Source of the DNA: Azolla caroliniana
Taxonomy: Eukaryota > Plantae > Polypodiophyta
Reading direction: 5' to 3'
DNA: 64,000 nucleotides
NCBI GenBank assembly: GCA_043228905.1
Contig: JBHGNT010000016.1
Span: forward strand, 12,772,001 to 12,836,000
The notes below the pieces were generated by a model. That model made no database searches. It had not been told where the DNA came from and was given only the letters and a program-made list of their open reading frames with translations. The position numbers and the translations under genes were made by a program. Positions 13,626 through 27,900 of the stretch are shown piece after piece; position 1 is the first letter of the stretch, and the number at the start of each line of letters is the position of its first letter.

Positions 13626-14181
13626 AAACTCGTGATGGCCATGTAGTTGTGACATCGCCTCAGTCAAAGTAGCAAATTCATTTGAATCCATGAAATTGGT
13701 TTTCAAAATTAGCTCCAAATAGTGTAGTTGGTTATTATGCTAGTCTTACACACTAGAAGTTTTCTGTTCAAGTCTGGGTTTGGACAACAAAAAACGTTTC
13801 ATTGAATGAGTAGAAGAATTGGTATCTGTCTTTGTAGAACTAGAATATATTTAGTGGAACTCATGTATGTAGCTTAAGCTAGAACTAGAATATATTTAGT
13901 GGAACTCATGCATGTACCTTAAGCCAACAAAATCGATGTGTTCATTTCTTGTGTCAATTAGGGCTATATGTTTCTTTCTAGAGACTTGTTTGAGCTAAAT
14001 GCCACTACCACATGGGATACATTGAAACTCATAATAGCCAGATAATGTAGTTGGTTATCACACTACTCTTACACAATAGAGGTCACCTATTCAAGTACGG
14101 GTTTATTTGAATTTTTTGAAGTACTCTTTTATGAATAAATGATACCTTAAAATTCACGTAAGAACAATGTATTGTTCAATC
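13626..14181 (+). repeat. tRNA-Val-derived array, left arm part 1 (2 units)
   Basis: Units at about 13713-13786 and 14037-14105 match GTCCARATRGTGTAGTTGGTTATCACGCTAGTCTNACACACTAGAGGTC. Confidence 0.85.
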
Positions 14182-17100
14182 TTTTTTTTTTTTCCCCAGA
14201 AAGACTTCATTAGTATTAAGAAAAAATGCCATAAGGCTACAAACTGTACAATTTAGAGAGTATTATATACAAAAAGGATAATCAGGGGAAGGGCCAGGGA
14301 TGATGATATTTCCAGATTGTTCCTTGAGAGGAGATCATGAATAGAGGCAACTTCCTCCATAACTGTAGTAATTTTTTCCTTTTGTTAAGAACAACCTCTG
14401 AAGGGCCCGACATATTGTCATACTGCCCACGCACTACCGCCAATAAGTTGTCCTATAATTCTAGCAATATATCTGAGAGAAGGGGAACTATGGAATCTTA
14501 TCGTCTTTTACATCAATACTTCCATAAGGTCCATAATGTAACCGTGGATACTGTTTTCCATACTTGGGTTGCACACATTTGCTTTCGAGGCTGTTGAAAA
14601 GGTGAGACAGATATTACATGCCTGTTGATGACAGTCTTAGCCTCTAGAGCATCATTTGCCTCATACAATAAGAAACTGGAATGGAGAACCCCCCATACCG
14701 TTGATCCCCAGGAGAATAAGCAACCTACATTAATTGTCAAGAATAAAGAAAGAACTTTACTCTATACCTGTTGAGCTAGTGACAAGACCAGAGAGCATGC
14801 TTGGTAATTTCCTGCAAGTCACCACAATAACTACATTGTCTAAGAACGGGTGCCATGTTTCCTTTCAAAGATTGACCTACTGGTAGTGCTGCATGTAGCA
14901 AAAGCCATCTGAAGAGAGTGTATTTTGTTGGTCCCCTAAAAGACCAAATCCATTTCCAATAAGCCTTCAAATGACTGCTTGATACACCCCACTTATTCCG
15001 GTGCTTTTGAGCCGCAGGAGTTGGAATATTCTTAGACATGAGTAAGGTTCTACCAAATTTCACAGTATACTGAAAGAACAGAACTTTTTGCATTGGATCC
15101 ATCATGGGACTAGTCCAAGAACATCCCCTTGGGTCCCACATTAGCCTATTAATTGGCTGGCGTGCATATAACCAAAGCATATCCAACAAATGGGCTAATG
15201 ACGGTTGTGGATCCAGGAGCCATTTCTTACCAGTTTTGGCAATCACCCTAATTGGAATAGCAAGTAGGTTTTGTAGCAAATTATCAGAGGGTGTATAAGG
15301 TTGCAATTTATTATCCTATTGAATATGGAAATAAAAAATACACCCATTTGTAGAAATTCCCTTAACAAAGAGCATTATGCCAGTCTTTGCCCCATATATT
15401 GAATGTAACTGCTTAAGGCGATCCACTTCTGGCATCTGCTAAAAAAGAATCCAAGATCCTACTGATGTTGCTGGCCCATTATCAAGTTTTCCCCATGCAA
15501 GACGAGGTCTAAGGTCCAATACATTTCCAATAGAATCCCGAACGAGAGAATTAGCCAAAAGCGGTTGATTCATCCAACCATCCCATGTGTTAGGCATCTC
15601 CTTGCGTAAAAAAATCTTGATTGCATCCCATGCTCTAAAGATCCCTAGTAGAAATCTATTGGATGTTAGATTCCGTCTTGGTGTTTGAATGTCTATCAAG
15701 AACATCCATTTCAAAGATGGCAACCAGTTTCCTCCCATCTTGGGATATAATTGCATCAGTTGATTAAGCAACATACCCTTCCATGCCTCTGTCCCTCCCA
15801 ACAGTCCTCTGACTACAAAATTTATCAAGAGAGCTTGAGATTGTATCAAGGGATCTATTAGAGCCAACCCTCCCTGACTTTTTGGCCTAATCAAAACATC
15901 CCATGCCACCTTGGCCATTGCACGAGATCCATTTTTTCCACCCCAAAGGAAGTTATGTACGAGGCTTTGAACTTTCATGATTGCCGACTGAGAGAACAAC
16001 CAAGCTGATGTGATAAACCACATTGAAGCCAACAACACCGAATTTGCAATGACAACCCGACTTGCAAGGGATAACTGTTGCGAGTCCCAATATACCAACT
16101 TACGCTTAATTGATAATAGCAATGGTGATAGCATCACTCTAGATGGTAAATCTATACCAACAAGACAACCTTAGTAACGAATCGGCTCCCCATGATTTAG
16201 CCAACGGAATGCAGGGCCTGGATACCATTGTGGACGCGGTTCATCACTGGCCCAAAGGCCTATAGATTTATTCCAATTGAGAGAGGCTCCAGTAGCATCT
16301 GAAAATATCTGTAAAGCATTCTGTACCCGATCAAGATTAACAACATCTCCGCGAATATAAAGAGCAATGTCATCTGCAAACTTTGCATCAAGAACTATCG
16401 AGTTTGCAATAGGTAAGGCTATTCCTTGGATGGCTGCCATTGAGGATCTAAGAAAAGCTCATAAAGTTTCCCCCAATAAAATAAAAAGAAATGGTGCTAA
16501 TGGACAACCTTGTCGAATAGATCTGGAAGTTGGAAATAATGTACCATTGTTAGTGATTAGGAACACGGTCTGTAGTCAATCCTTCGACCTAGACCTCCAA
16601 GTGGTTGTGGAACAACGAATGGGGCGTTTATGCATAATGCATAGGGGAATGTTCCTCGTAACCTATCAGCATATAAGGGAGACGGCTACACCCGACTCCT
16701 TAGCAATGGTTACACTTACGTTTTTACATGCTCTAGTATTCCAGACACGCAGTAGATTAGTCGTAGCTATACACAAACTTTCAGAGAAGATAGAATTCTA
16801 TTACGATACGCTTCTTTACAATTCAAAATTACCGTGCTTTCGTCGTAACGCCGGTGATCTCGATATTGCCGCGGCTTACCACGATAACCATTGAAGCCAC
16901 CACGTTTGTTTGTCGGCCGATGATTCTCGTAGCGCCGGCCCCCTTTAGCATAACTCGGATGTCCACGATAATCCTTGTCCTCTGGTTCGTCTTCCTTGGA
17001 ATCATTGTGATTTCGGCGATTCCGGTGATGCCGGTCGTCCTGTGGGTTGTGATCCATATATCGTGGTCGGTCTTCTTTCCTCCTTTGTTTAGTACGGCAT

Positions 17101-17497
17101 GGGGGACGCTGGGTGTCCATGTTGCGGACTGTGCGAGCGGCTCTGTTCAACATATTGTATTCGCATTGTTCGACTGTGTTAGCCTTCGAGTGGCAGATTG
17201 GGCAGTGGATTCGCATATTGCACTCCACTGCGGAATGCCCCGAGTTCAAGCAAATCGTGCACTGGATTGCTTGACGAAACTGGCATTCCTCGTTCTGGGG
17301 TAACGCTTGTCGTAAGGAGGACATAGAAAACCTTTCCTCCTCGTCTGCCAACTCGAGCTGTAACGCTCGTTCAATGACCATATCCGCTATTTTGAGCGTT
17401 GCCTGCATGGGTCGATTAGGAACACGGTCTGCGGTCAGTCCTTCGACCTAGACCTCCAAGTGGTTGTGGAACAACGAATGGGGCGTTTCCCCAAAAG

Positions 17498-17918
17498 TGT
17501 TACCGATTAGGAACACGGTCTACAGTCAGTCCTTCGACCTAGACCTCCAAGTGGTTGTGGAACAACGAATGGGGCGTTTATGCGTAATGCGTAGGGGAAT
17601 GTTCCTCGTAACCTATCAGCGTATAAGGGAGACGGCTACAACCGACTCCTTAGCAATGGTTACAGTTATGTTTTTACACACTCTGGTATTCCAGACACAC
17701 AGTAGATTAGCCATAGCAAAAGATAGAATTCTATTACGATACGCTTCTTTACAATTCAAAATTACACGCTCCCTCTATCAGAGGTTTTCTGCCCTTTATA
17801 TATGCAGGGACTATTTAGCCGTTCACGCTTCCTACATGAACCGTTACATGCGTTATGATCTTATATTATTTCTTATTCTTACGCTCTTGTCCGTCGGTTA
17901 ATATTCCGGCGGACAACA
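17498..17918 (-). repeat. 3' LTR of the gypsy element
   Basis: Direct repeat of 30261-30698 with TG..CA ends and a short internal deletion. Confidence 0.9.
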
Positions 17919-19853
17919 CTGCCACGCTTGTGGGACAGTGCCCTGGCATGTTGGACCCATCCCGTTAATCTTCTTCCAAAATGGCCCGGATGTTTGGCTC
18001 TGCTACGGTGTCCACGTTTGGAGGGGACGTAGGGCCCATAGGTGCATCGTGGTGCAGCTCCCCTATTTGGTCGGCATGGTTTCTCCCGGTGTCACAGTCG
18101 TCGTGTGTGGGCGGTCCGGGTTTGGTGGGTTCTTCTTGAGCTAGCGGATTGGGCTCCGCCGCCGTCCTGCTTGCGGTCAGCCGTGGCTTTGTCTCAATCG
18201 TTACTTCCTCCGTGGTGTCGGTCGTCTTTGTACGTTCCGGGGAGTGGGGCTACAATTCCACCTGGCCCGCACCGTTCTCTGTGTGGTCCGATGATAGCGT
18301 GGGCTCCTGCGGATGGAGCTCCTCTTGGGCAGTGGTTTCGTTGTTTGGTACTGTGGGGGACTTCGCTCGTCGGTCTGCGCTGTTCATCGTCGTTGTATTT
18401 TGTGGTGATCCGGCCTGAGGTTCCTCTTCTTCGGCCATGCTCGGAATTGGCGTCGCGCTGGATTCCTCATTTGTTCGTGTGTTGCCAGTTTGTGTGATCT
18501 GGTGAAATAGCTCCTCCTGGCTTTCACTAAAATCATCTAAGAGCTGCGCGGGTTCTTCGTAATGTTGGTCCGCTAGCACACAATAGTCTTGCGCTAGGTC
18601 CTCGCGTAAGGCCGCAATGCTCTCCTCATTTAGTTTATTGAAACCTCAGCCATCTTTTTGCCGGTTCTCCCAGTCTGCACGATACGCGTGCAATTCCGCT
18701 GCTTGGGTTGCCCATGCCATCCATCCTTTGTCCAACGCCATTTTCAATTACGTTGTGAACCTCTCCCAATTTGTTTGGAGAAGGATACGCACGTTGTTTG
18801 TGATGGCCTGGCAACAGTTGCATGCGTCCTCCATCGACTTCTGGAGGTTCGCAATTTCTTGCTGCCTAACCGCCGCTGCTTCTTCGTCTGTGGTCTTCAG
18901 GCCCGCCCACAGCTGGGATTCCTTTGCGTGTTGTTCTTCTAATTTCCCCATTTCATTGTTTAGGCGGATTTCAAGCTGATGCCTTCTCTCCTGTTCGACC
19001 ACCAGATGCCTTCTTTCAAGGCCCGGAGTCCCGCGATTGCCGCCTCCGATTTCTTCGCCTCATCCCGTAATTGGGCGTTTTTGTCTTTTGTCCGGATGTG
19101 CTGAGCTACCTCCGTAGCAAGTTTCTCTTCAAGGGTTTTTACTGCCTTCCGACTGTTCGCCCGGATCTCCTTTTCTCTATCTGAGGATTGGCGCAGTTCA
19201 GCTCAAAGGCGGTCAATTTCTGATTCCGCTAGCTGCACGGCCCTTTTCGCTTTTGAGGTGATGGCAGTCTGAGCCACAATTTCTTCCTTCAAAGCGTCAA
19301 TGGCGTGGTTTGGTGGCGGAGTTGCGTGTTGCACCGTAGTCGTGTTAGCTTCCAACTCCACAATGCGTTCGTTGGCTTTTTGTAGCTTGGCTTGGGTCAT
19401 TTTCACCTTCTTCCAGCCATTCTTATTTTTAATGGCCATCTCCTTGGCGCCCATGCTGACCTTTGCTAGTTCCCTATGGACTTCGACTAGGGCCGTGTTT
19501 AGTGGGGGTAGCTCCATCCCCACTCGGCGTACCCCGACGTTCCTCCGTCCGCCGACCTTGCCTAACCGGTCCTCATTGTCGCTCTCCGCCGTTTGTGTTA
19601 GGGTGCGCTCGATCATCTGGCGCTCCGTGTACTCCTTGGCCATTTGTTGGGAGGCTTTTATCTGTTGTGTTGCCAGGAATTCCATGAACTCAAAAGAGGT
19701 TCCCAAATGTAAGAGGGCGCTGAACTCATGGGCCGTATCCGGGATATCTAGATATGCCAAAACCTTGCTCGCCGTCGTCAATATGGCTTTCCCTCGTTGG
19801 GACTGCGTCGTAATGATCGGCCGTGGCTCCCAGATGATTTAGAAGGTGGTATT

Positions 19854-22800
19854 TGATAGGAACGGCATGCTCCGTATGCGCAATGCTCGGCCATAACCAA
19901 GCTTAGAAATATACACAGAAAAATGGGGAATGGATGCACGACACAAAAGGAGAAGAGTACACAGGATGTTTACGTGGAAAACCCAAACTAGGGAAAAAAG
20001 CACGGCAGCCCACAAGCTACAAACTATCACTCTGTTACAATGTACAATAGTAAATCTCCGAGGCAACAACCTCGAGCTTTCTATCTTCGCCCCAGGCTGC
20101 AGTTACAACAGAGGCAACGACCTCTTCCTCTCTCTCTCTCTCTCTATGTACACCATTACGCGCTCTCTAGTCTTGCGCCAACAAGAATGACAACAACTGC
20201 TGAAAGAGTTTGCCCTAAGTCATATTTATACTAATATGACTTTTTGGCTATTTACAAATATAGCCCCAATGGACTCTCAGAAACATATTTACGAATATGT
20301 CCCTTCATCCGGCGAGCACTCCTCACCGGGCATGCATCATCCGACGCTTGCCGGGCACAAGTCATCCGGTTCTCACTGGGTCTTCCGTTGTCGGGTACTC
20401 CACATCCGGTTCTCACCGGGTCTTCACCATCCGGCTCATGTCGGGTACTCCACATCCGGTTCTCACCCGGTCTTCACCATCCGGCTCTTGTCGGGTACTC
20501 GTCATCCGGTTCTCACCGGGTCTTCCGTTGCCAGGTAATCCACATCCGGTTCTCACTGGGTCTTCACCATCCGGCTCATGCCGGGTATTCGTCATCTCAC
20601 TTCCCATCGGAGGGACTTGTTTCCTAACAAACTCCCCCTTCACTCCGGCATGGGATGTCTTACTAGTCTGATCCGCGTACGGCATGCTTCCAGCTTGTCG
20701 GGTATCAGTACTTTGGTCAGCATATCTGACCCGCTCTCGGCCGTGTGGATCTTCGTCAGCGCGAAGTCCTGGTCATCTACTCTTTCCCAGATCCAGTGAT
20801 ACCTTCGCTGGATATGCTTTGTCCGGGAATGGTAGGCCGCATTCTTAGCAAGGTGGATGGCACTTTGACTGTCGCAATAGAGCTGGTATTCATCTTGCCG
20901 GATACTGAGCTCACTGATGAAGTCCTTCATCCATAATATTTCCTTGACGGCTTCCACAACCGCCATGTACTCCGCCTCCGTGGTTGACAACGCAACCGTC
21001 TTCTGCAGCCTCGACTGCCACGAAACAGCTCCCCCCGTATATGTCATTACATACCCGGATGTAGACTGGCTGGTATCCACATCAGCCGACATGTCCGAAT
21101 CGGTAAAACCGTCAAGTTGAGGTTTACCGGAGCCGAATCGGAGACACATATTTGAAGTGCCCTTCAAGTACCGGAGTATCCATTTGACCGTGTTCCAGTG
21201 CTCCTTGCCGGGATTGCTCATAAATCGGCTCACCACTCCGACTGCGTATCCAATATCCGGTTGGGTACACACCATTGCGTACATCAAGCTCCCGACGGAA
21301 GAGGTATATGGAACCTTCATCATATCTGCTTTCTCTGCTTTCATCTTCGGGCTTTGCTTACCGGATAATCTGCAGTTTGTCGGGAGTGTCGATCCGACCG
21401 GTTTCGCTTCTAACATGTTGAACTGCTGAAGCACCTTTGTCACGTATTTCTCCTGTGATAGCCACAATTGCTTCTTTGACCGGTCTCGGATGATATGCAT
21501 CCCAAGCATCTGTCTTGCCGGACCCAAGTCTTTCATTGAGAAGGTCCGGATGAGAGACTTCTTCAGCATCCATATTTTGGCTTGGTCCCGTCTTACGATC
21601 AACATGTCGTCCCTGTATAGAAGGACTATCAGAAAGTCGCCTCCTTTGAACTTCTTCACAAACATGCAGTGATCGGCCTGCGTCTTGTGGTACCCTTGAT
21701 CGGTCATGAAGAAGTTGAACATCTGGTACCATTGCCGGGGAGCCTGGTTCAGTCCGTACAAGTTCTTCTTCAACCGGCATACCAGGTGCTCCTTCCCTTT
21801 CTCCACGAATCCTTCCGGTTGCTACATGTAGATCTCCTCTTCGAGGTCACCGTGAAGAAATGCCATCTTCACATCTAGCTGCTCTACCTCGAGATCCATG
21901 CTTGCCGCTGTACTTAGCACCATCCGGGTGGAGGTCATCTTTACTACCGGGTCAAATATCTTGTCGAAGTCCACGCCCTTCTTCTGCTGTAACCCCTTCA
22001 CCACGATCCTGGCTTTGTATCTCGGGGGGTTGCCGGCATCTCCCGGTTTCAACTTGTACACCCACTTGTTTCGGAGTGCCCGCTTTCCTTTCGGCAACTC
22101 CACCAATTTGTACGTATGGTTCTCATGCAGGGAATCCATCTCATCCTGCATGGCACTTAACCATTTGCGGCTATGGGCGTCGCTTTTAGCTTCCTCGAAG
22201 CTTTCTAGCTCCCCCTCATCGGTGAGCAGCACATGCTCTACATCTCGAAATCTCTATGGGGCCCCTCCCTCTCTGAGAGGATATCTCCGTCTTTGGGTTT
22301 CGGTAACCGGCTCCTACATTTGCTCTTCATCCGAATCCGATTCGGGGTCTTGGCCGGTTCCGGTTTCAGTTTCCTCTACTTCTTCTTCTGCCGGTTTGGT
22401 ATCCTCACCGTAATCGGCTGGTTCCTCGAGTGCTAACAGGTTTCTAGCCGGTTCGGTCTGCTCATTGTAGAATTGATCCTTACCGGTCGACTCGGGGTTC
22501 ATTATCTTCTTCTCCGACTCCCAGTCGGCGAGCGTCTTGTCCTCCATGAAGATAATATCTCGACTCCGGAATACCTTCTCGTCGACCGAGTCCCACACTC
22601 GGTAGCCGAACTCATCGTCGCCGTAACCGAGGAATATGCATGGCCGGGTCTTTGGATCTAACTTTCCTCTCCGGTCCTTAGCTACATGCACGTACGCGAG
22701 ACACCCAAACACCTTCAGATGCCGGTAGGACACTTCCTTGCCGGTCCATACTCTCTGTGGCGTGTCTTCGTCCAAGGGTACTGAGGGTGATCTGTTGATC

Positions 22801-23753
22801 ACATATGTCGCCGTCGACAATGCCTCAGCCGAAAACTTCTTGGGTAGTTTTGCATGCGCCACCATACTCCGGACCCTCTCCATTATGGTCCGGTTCATCC
22901 TCTCGGCCAGCCCGTTTAGTTCCGGCATCTTTGGTACGGTAAATTCGAGCCAGATTCCTTTCGAGCGAGAGTACTCCTCGAATTGCCCCCGGTATTCACC
23001 TCCGTTATCTGCTCAAACCGCCTTCAACTTCCAGCCGGTTTCTCTTTCCACTCTCGCGTGGAGCTCTTTGAAGACGGATAGCACTTGATCCTTCGTCTTC
23101 AACGGTGTGGCCCACAACTTCTGGCTGTGGTCTTCTATGAACGTCACGAAGTACTGCGATCCGGCATGTGACTTCGTGTCCACTTGACATACATCAGTAT
23201 GCACCAAATCCAGTGTTGCATTACGTCTCATCGTTGGCCTCGATTGGAAGAAGGTCCGGTTTTGTTTACCGGCCAGACAATCCGTGCACTTCTCCAAGTG
23301 CACGTTCTTCACTGGAATGAGGTTGTCGTCTGCAAGCCTCTTCATCCCCTTCTCGCTCATGTGACACAGCCTTTTGTGTCACACCTCACCGGCAGTGTCG
23401 GATGCCACGTTCACTTCCTCCGGATATAACCGGGCATTCATCAGGTACAACGTGTTTACCTTCCGGGCCCGAGCGACAATCAGGCTCCCTTTGCTGAACT
23501 TCATAACACCGTTTCGGGTACTCCACATCCGGTTCTCACCGGGTCTTCACCATCCGGCTCATGCTGGGTACTCCACATCCGATTCTCACCGGGTCTTCAC
23601 CATTCGGCTCTTGCCGGGTACTCGTCATCCGATTCTCACCGGGTCTTCCGTTGCTGGGTACTCCACATCCGGCTCTCACCGGGTCTTCACCATCCGGTTC
23701 ATGCCGGGTACTCGTCATCTCACTTCCCATCCGGAGGGACTTGTTTCCTAACA
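19854..23753 (-). mobile_element. Ty1/copia element with an internal deletion of gag, PR, PBS and most of the 5' LTR
   Basis: TSD GTATT (19849-19853, 23754-23758); full 3' LTR 19854-20629 with PPT; 5' LTR remnant about 23515-23753; IN, RT and RH ORF pieces 20640-23360. Confidence 0.92.
20305..20600. repeat. CCGG-rich 40-50-bp tandem subrepeats inside the copia LTR (also at 23515-23720)
   Basis: Recurrent CGGGTACTCCACATCCGGTTCTCACCGGGTCTTC motif. Confidence 0.85.
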
Positions 23754-24989
23754 GTATTGGGCTCCATAGGTGCGGAGCCATCGCCTTTGGTCCTTGTTTC
23801 TGCCGCCGTGGGGACGTCTTTGACCAATCCCCGCACATCTTTCCTGTCTAATCTACGTCGTTTCGGTCTGGGGCTATCCTGTCATGTTTCGGTGTCTAGC
23901 TCTGGGGCTGCTTCCAGGGAACGTGCTGGCCGTTCCTCCTGCGTTGTTCGTGTGTCTTGCTGGGCGAGAGGTGTAGTCCGCGTGTCTGCTTGGGCGGGTT
24001 GGGGTGCCTCTTCCCACTCTGGGGCCGCTAACTTCGCTAACCTGTGCCTCACGGATCGGGGCAGGGGTGTGGGTCGGCTAGGCTGCGGTGATGGCAGACC
24101 TCGGGGTGGGAATAGTACCGTAAGGTACTGTTGTATGATCGGCCTGAGCTTTTTTCCTGCCTGATACACATGCAGGCCTTCCCTTAACGCTAGCCCTGTG
24201 ATGACCCCCTAATCGGCTGCACGCCCCTCAGAGGTATCGATAATGATGCCCGCATTCTGTTTGGGGATCCCATATGCGTTGACATGTACGCAACCGACCT
24301 CTAACAGGAACTTGGCAACCTCACGAAAGAAGGGATCCGGGATATGCTTCGTTCTATAGGCCTTGGCGGAGGAGGAATAGGGCCCGAAATATCGTTGCAA
24401 CGCCTCTGCAGGAGGGATTTCGAAATGCCTTTCGCCTAGAGATGACAGGTCCAACTTTTACCGGATGGAAGAGTTGGTGACGGTGTCGATGTCAAGCTTC
24501 CTGGCGATGTCGATGGCATCCGGGTGTGGGGGTGCCTCTACGACCCTGATGTACCCATCCAGGCGTTTCTCCACGAGCCATCGGCGTAAGGCAGTAGAGA
24601 TGAAGATCGGCATCGCTAGAGTAGGTTCGTGGGAAGGAGACGGGTGGTTGCGGTGGGCTAGAGCTCTGTGATAGGATGGAGGAGAAGGTGAGGGGGAGGA
24701 GCAATGGAAGCGCTGATAGTTAGAAGGTGGGTTTTTGTTTTGTGCAGAAGATCTTCTATTTCCTTCTTTTTGTGGCTTAGGGTTCATTGGGTGGTGAGTC
24801 ATCGTGGTGTCGCGTGTTCTTGAACTAGGAGTCTGTGCATGCATTTAGTCCTTTTAATAGTGTTGCTATCTTCTCTTTCTTTTTTTTCTTTTTTTTCTTT
24901 TTTTTTTCGTAACGGTTATATACAACCTATTTTCACATTATGGTACAAGTGGTGCTGTCCATTTACACCGCTGGTTCTCTGGCTCTATC

Positions 24990-27900
24990 CTATTTGGCGG
25001 TGAATGGGTTAGGTGGCGTAGAGCCCAGGTAAGGTTTAAGGCGAAATCCATTCACCTTTTGCCGTACTACTTCCCCGGCCAGCGTACCTAGTTGGAACGT
25101 GCCTTGTTCCGCTCCAATTATCCAATATGGGCCGGTCCAGCAGAATCCTAACTTCCCTGGCATATGGCCCATGCGGGTTTGGAAAACCAGCACCGCTCGA
25201 CCGACGGCGAACTCCTTTTCCCTTGCGTTCCGATGTCGATCCACAAACGCTTTACGTCGTCGCTGTTCCTGCTCCAACACAGCCATGTTGTGTACGCATT
25301 GTTCCCCGAGTTCGAGTAATTGGTGGAGCCATACCTCTTCCGACTTGGCTTCCGAAAGTCGGTGCCGTAGCTGAATCCACAAACTGGGTATTTGAAATTC
25401 GACCGGCATCAGAGCCTCCAGCCCAAACGCTAGTCGAAACGGTGTGGATCGTATGCTTGTTTTATAGCTGGTTCTGTATGCCCATAACGCACTCTGTAAT
25501 TTGGTATCCCAGTCCGTTCTATTTTCATTGACGATTTTCTTCAAGATGGTCTACAACGTCTTGTTGGTGGATTTCGCTAACCCATTCGCCTGTGGATAAT
25601 ATGGCGTACTCCTCTTGTGGACTACAACGTAATGATGTGTTAGTTCTTGAACCACCGTATTGAGAAAGTGACTCTCCTGGTCACTGATGAGCTCAATCGG
25701 ACATCTGAACCGGCACCAGATGTGCTCGTAAAGGAATCAGGTTGTGACGGCCGCCGTATTTTCTCGTAGTGCCAGTGTGAAGGGGCCCACAAAATCCAAT
25801 CCCCACTTTTGGAAGGGGTCTAGCAGTAATACGGGCTGGTGTGGCATCCTTGCGCCCTTCGTGGACTGGCCCATCCGTTGATACAAATCACACTTTCTAC
25901 AATACTCGAATGCGTCCTTCTACGTTGTTGGCCACCATAAGCCCGCCTGCCATATTTTCCGGGCTGTAACGTCGCCCACGTAATGACCGCCTACCGTAAA
26001 ACTGCTTCTTTCTCATCCTGACGTACCCCACGTCGCCAGATGTCGTCACTTCCTTTGTGATATAAAACTCCTTCTATGAGGCAGAAGTTACGGCTTCGGA
26101 CGACTAGTCGTTTCTTCTCGTCCGTGCGTAATTGTGGTGGAGGCAGTCCCGTAGTCAAAAAGTATGTCATTTCCATAAGCCACCAGTCTGGAAAGGTCGA
26201 TTCCATTCTGTCTGCTAGTGCTGTTACTCGCAGGATGTCGGCGTCCGGAAAATCATCGTCATCTCTCTGTACTGTTTCTCCATTCTCAAGTCTACTCAAA
26301 AAATCTACCACTACGTGATGCGTCCCTGGTCGGTGCTAGATTACAAAATCAAATTCTTGGAGCAGCAGCATCCATCACGCCAATTTCCCCATCAGGGCTT
26401 GTTTCTCCACCAAATACAACAGCGTGGAATGATCCACGTGGAACATGAACTTCTTTCCTAGTGAATAGTGCCGGAATTTATTGATGTTATAGATCATCCC
26501 TAGCGCCTCCCGCTCCATTGTGGAATAATTACGCTCTGTTGTTGACAATTTGCGACTAGCGTAGTACACTGGTTGGTACCAGTTTGGTTCGGTGAGCTGC
26601 ATTAGCGCACTCCCTATTGCTATGTCCGAGGCGTCGACAAACACGTGGAATGGCTTCGCCCAAACTGGTGGTTGTAGGACGGGGGTCTGTGTGAGCATTA
26701 TCTTAAGTGCTTCATAGGCCTTGTCCTCTGTTGCGGTCCATTGGAAGGGAGTCCGATGTATGGCAGCATGTAACGACGTGGCGAAGTCCGCCAAATATCG
26801 TATCATCCGACTATGCCACCGTATTTGTCCTAAAAACCTACCAAGTGATTTCGCGTTTGTCAGAGTTTTGGCTTGCGTAATCGCGGAGATCTTGTTCAGA
26901 TCGAACACTATCCCCTCCTTGCTGACTACTATATGGCCCAGGAGAGTCCCGCTGGTCACGTCGAAAGCACATTTCGCGGGATTCAGGCTTAAACCTGCGG
27001 TGCGGCAATGTTCCAAGCACAGTTGCAGGTGCGTAAAATGTTCTATTGTTCTCCCATATACTGCAAAGTCGTCTAAAAAAACTTGCATGAACGCCGGAAT
27101 GTATTCCCCAAAGATCTCCGTAATTGTCCGTTGAAATGTTGCCGGAGCCGTCTTTAGCCCGAACATCATGACGACTGCCACATAGACTCCCCAGTCCGTG
27201 ACAAATGCCGTCTTTTCTTGGTCCTCGGGATGCATGCGTACTTGCTTATACCCACTGAAGCCATCTAAAAAACTGTACATCTCATGTCCTGCGACGTTGT
27301 CTAGTACGCTATTGGTGAAGGTAAAGGGAATGCGTCCGTAATGGTTACCATGTTTAATTTTCGATAATCCACGCATACCCGTAATTTGCCATTTTTCTTT
27401 GGAACGACCACTATTGGGCTTAACCATGTGTCTTGTTTAACTGGCCGTATGAACCCCGCCTTCAGGAGTTTGTCAATTTCGTCTTTTACGCGGGCCACGT
27501 AGTTCGAGTTCATGCGGTAGCGGCGCTGCTACACGGGTTTTGCGTCGGTTGCTAAATTGATCTTATGCTGATAGAACTTGGGATCTAATCCCTTCATTTC
27601 CTCGTGAGCCCAAGCGAACACATCTTTATATTTCTTGAGTAGTGTGATCATCGTGTTTCTCTGGTCCGGCCTTAATTCCTTTGCGATGGAGAGAAAATGG
27701 GGTTTCGACTCCGTACCCACATTTACTTCTTCTAGGGCGGAAGCGGTGACTCGTCGTGAAATTTCCATTTCCCTTCCAAATGTCGTCCTTGCTCTGCTGA
27801 GTTCCAATATGGACTCTGGGTTTGGTTCGTAAGCCTCGTTGTGGTGAGTAGTGGTCGTGGCGTATTCTGCCGCGGTTGCGATGACGTTGATTTTGAACAG

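Larger units (their letters stand above)
18100..24610 (-). pseudogene. Accessory 3' ORF of the gypsy element (conserved N-terminal domain plus long coiled-coil), split by the copia insertion
   Basis: ORF pieces 24458-24844, 24209-24454, 23882-24169, 19203-19781, 18748-19002 and 18250-18579, all on the gag-pol strand; heptad-like E/K/Q-rich segments. Confidence 0.65.

Noticed and set aside
13620-13640. Sequence-specific copia targeting of the array
   Set aside because: Shared rare flanking variants favour duplication of one insertion.
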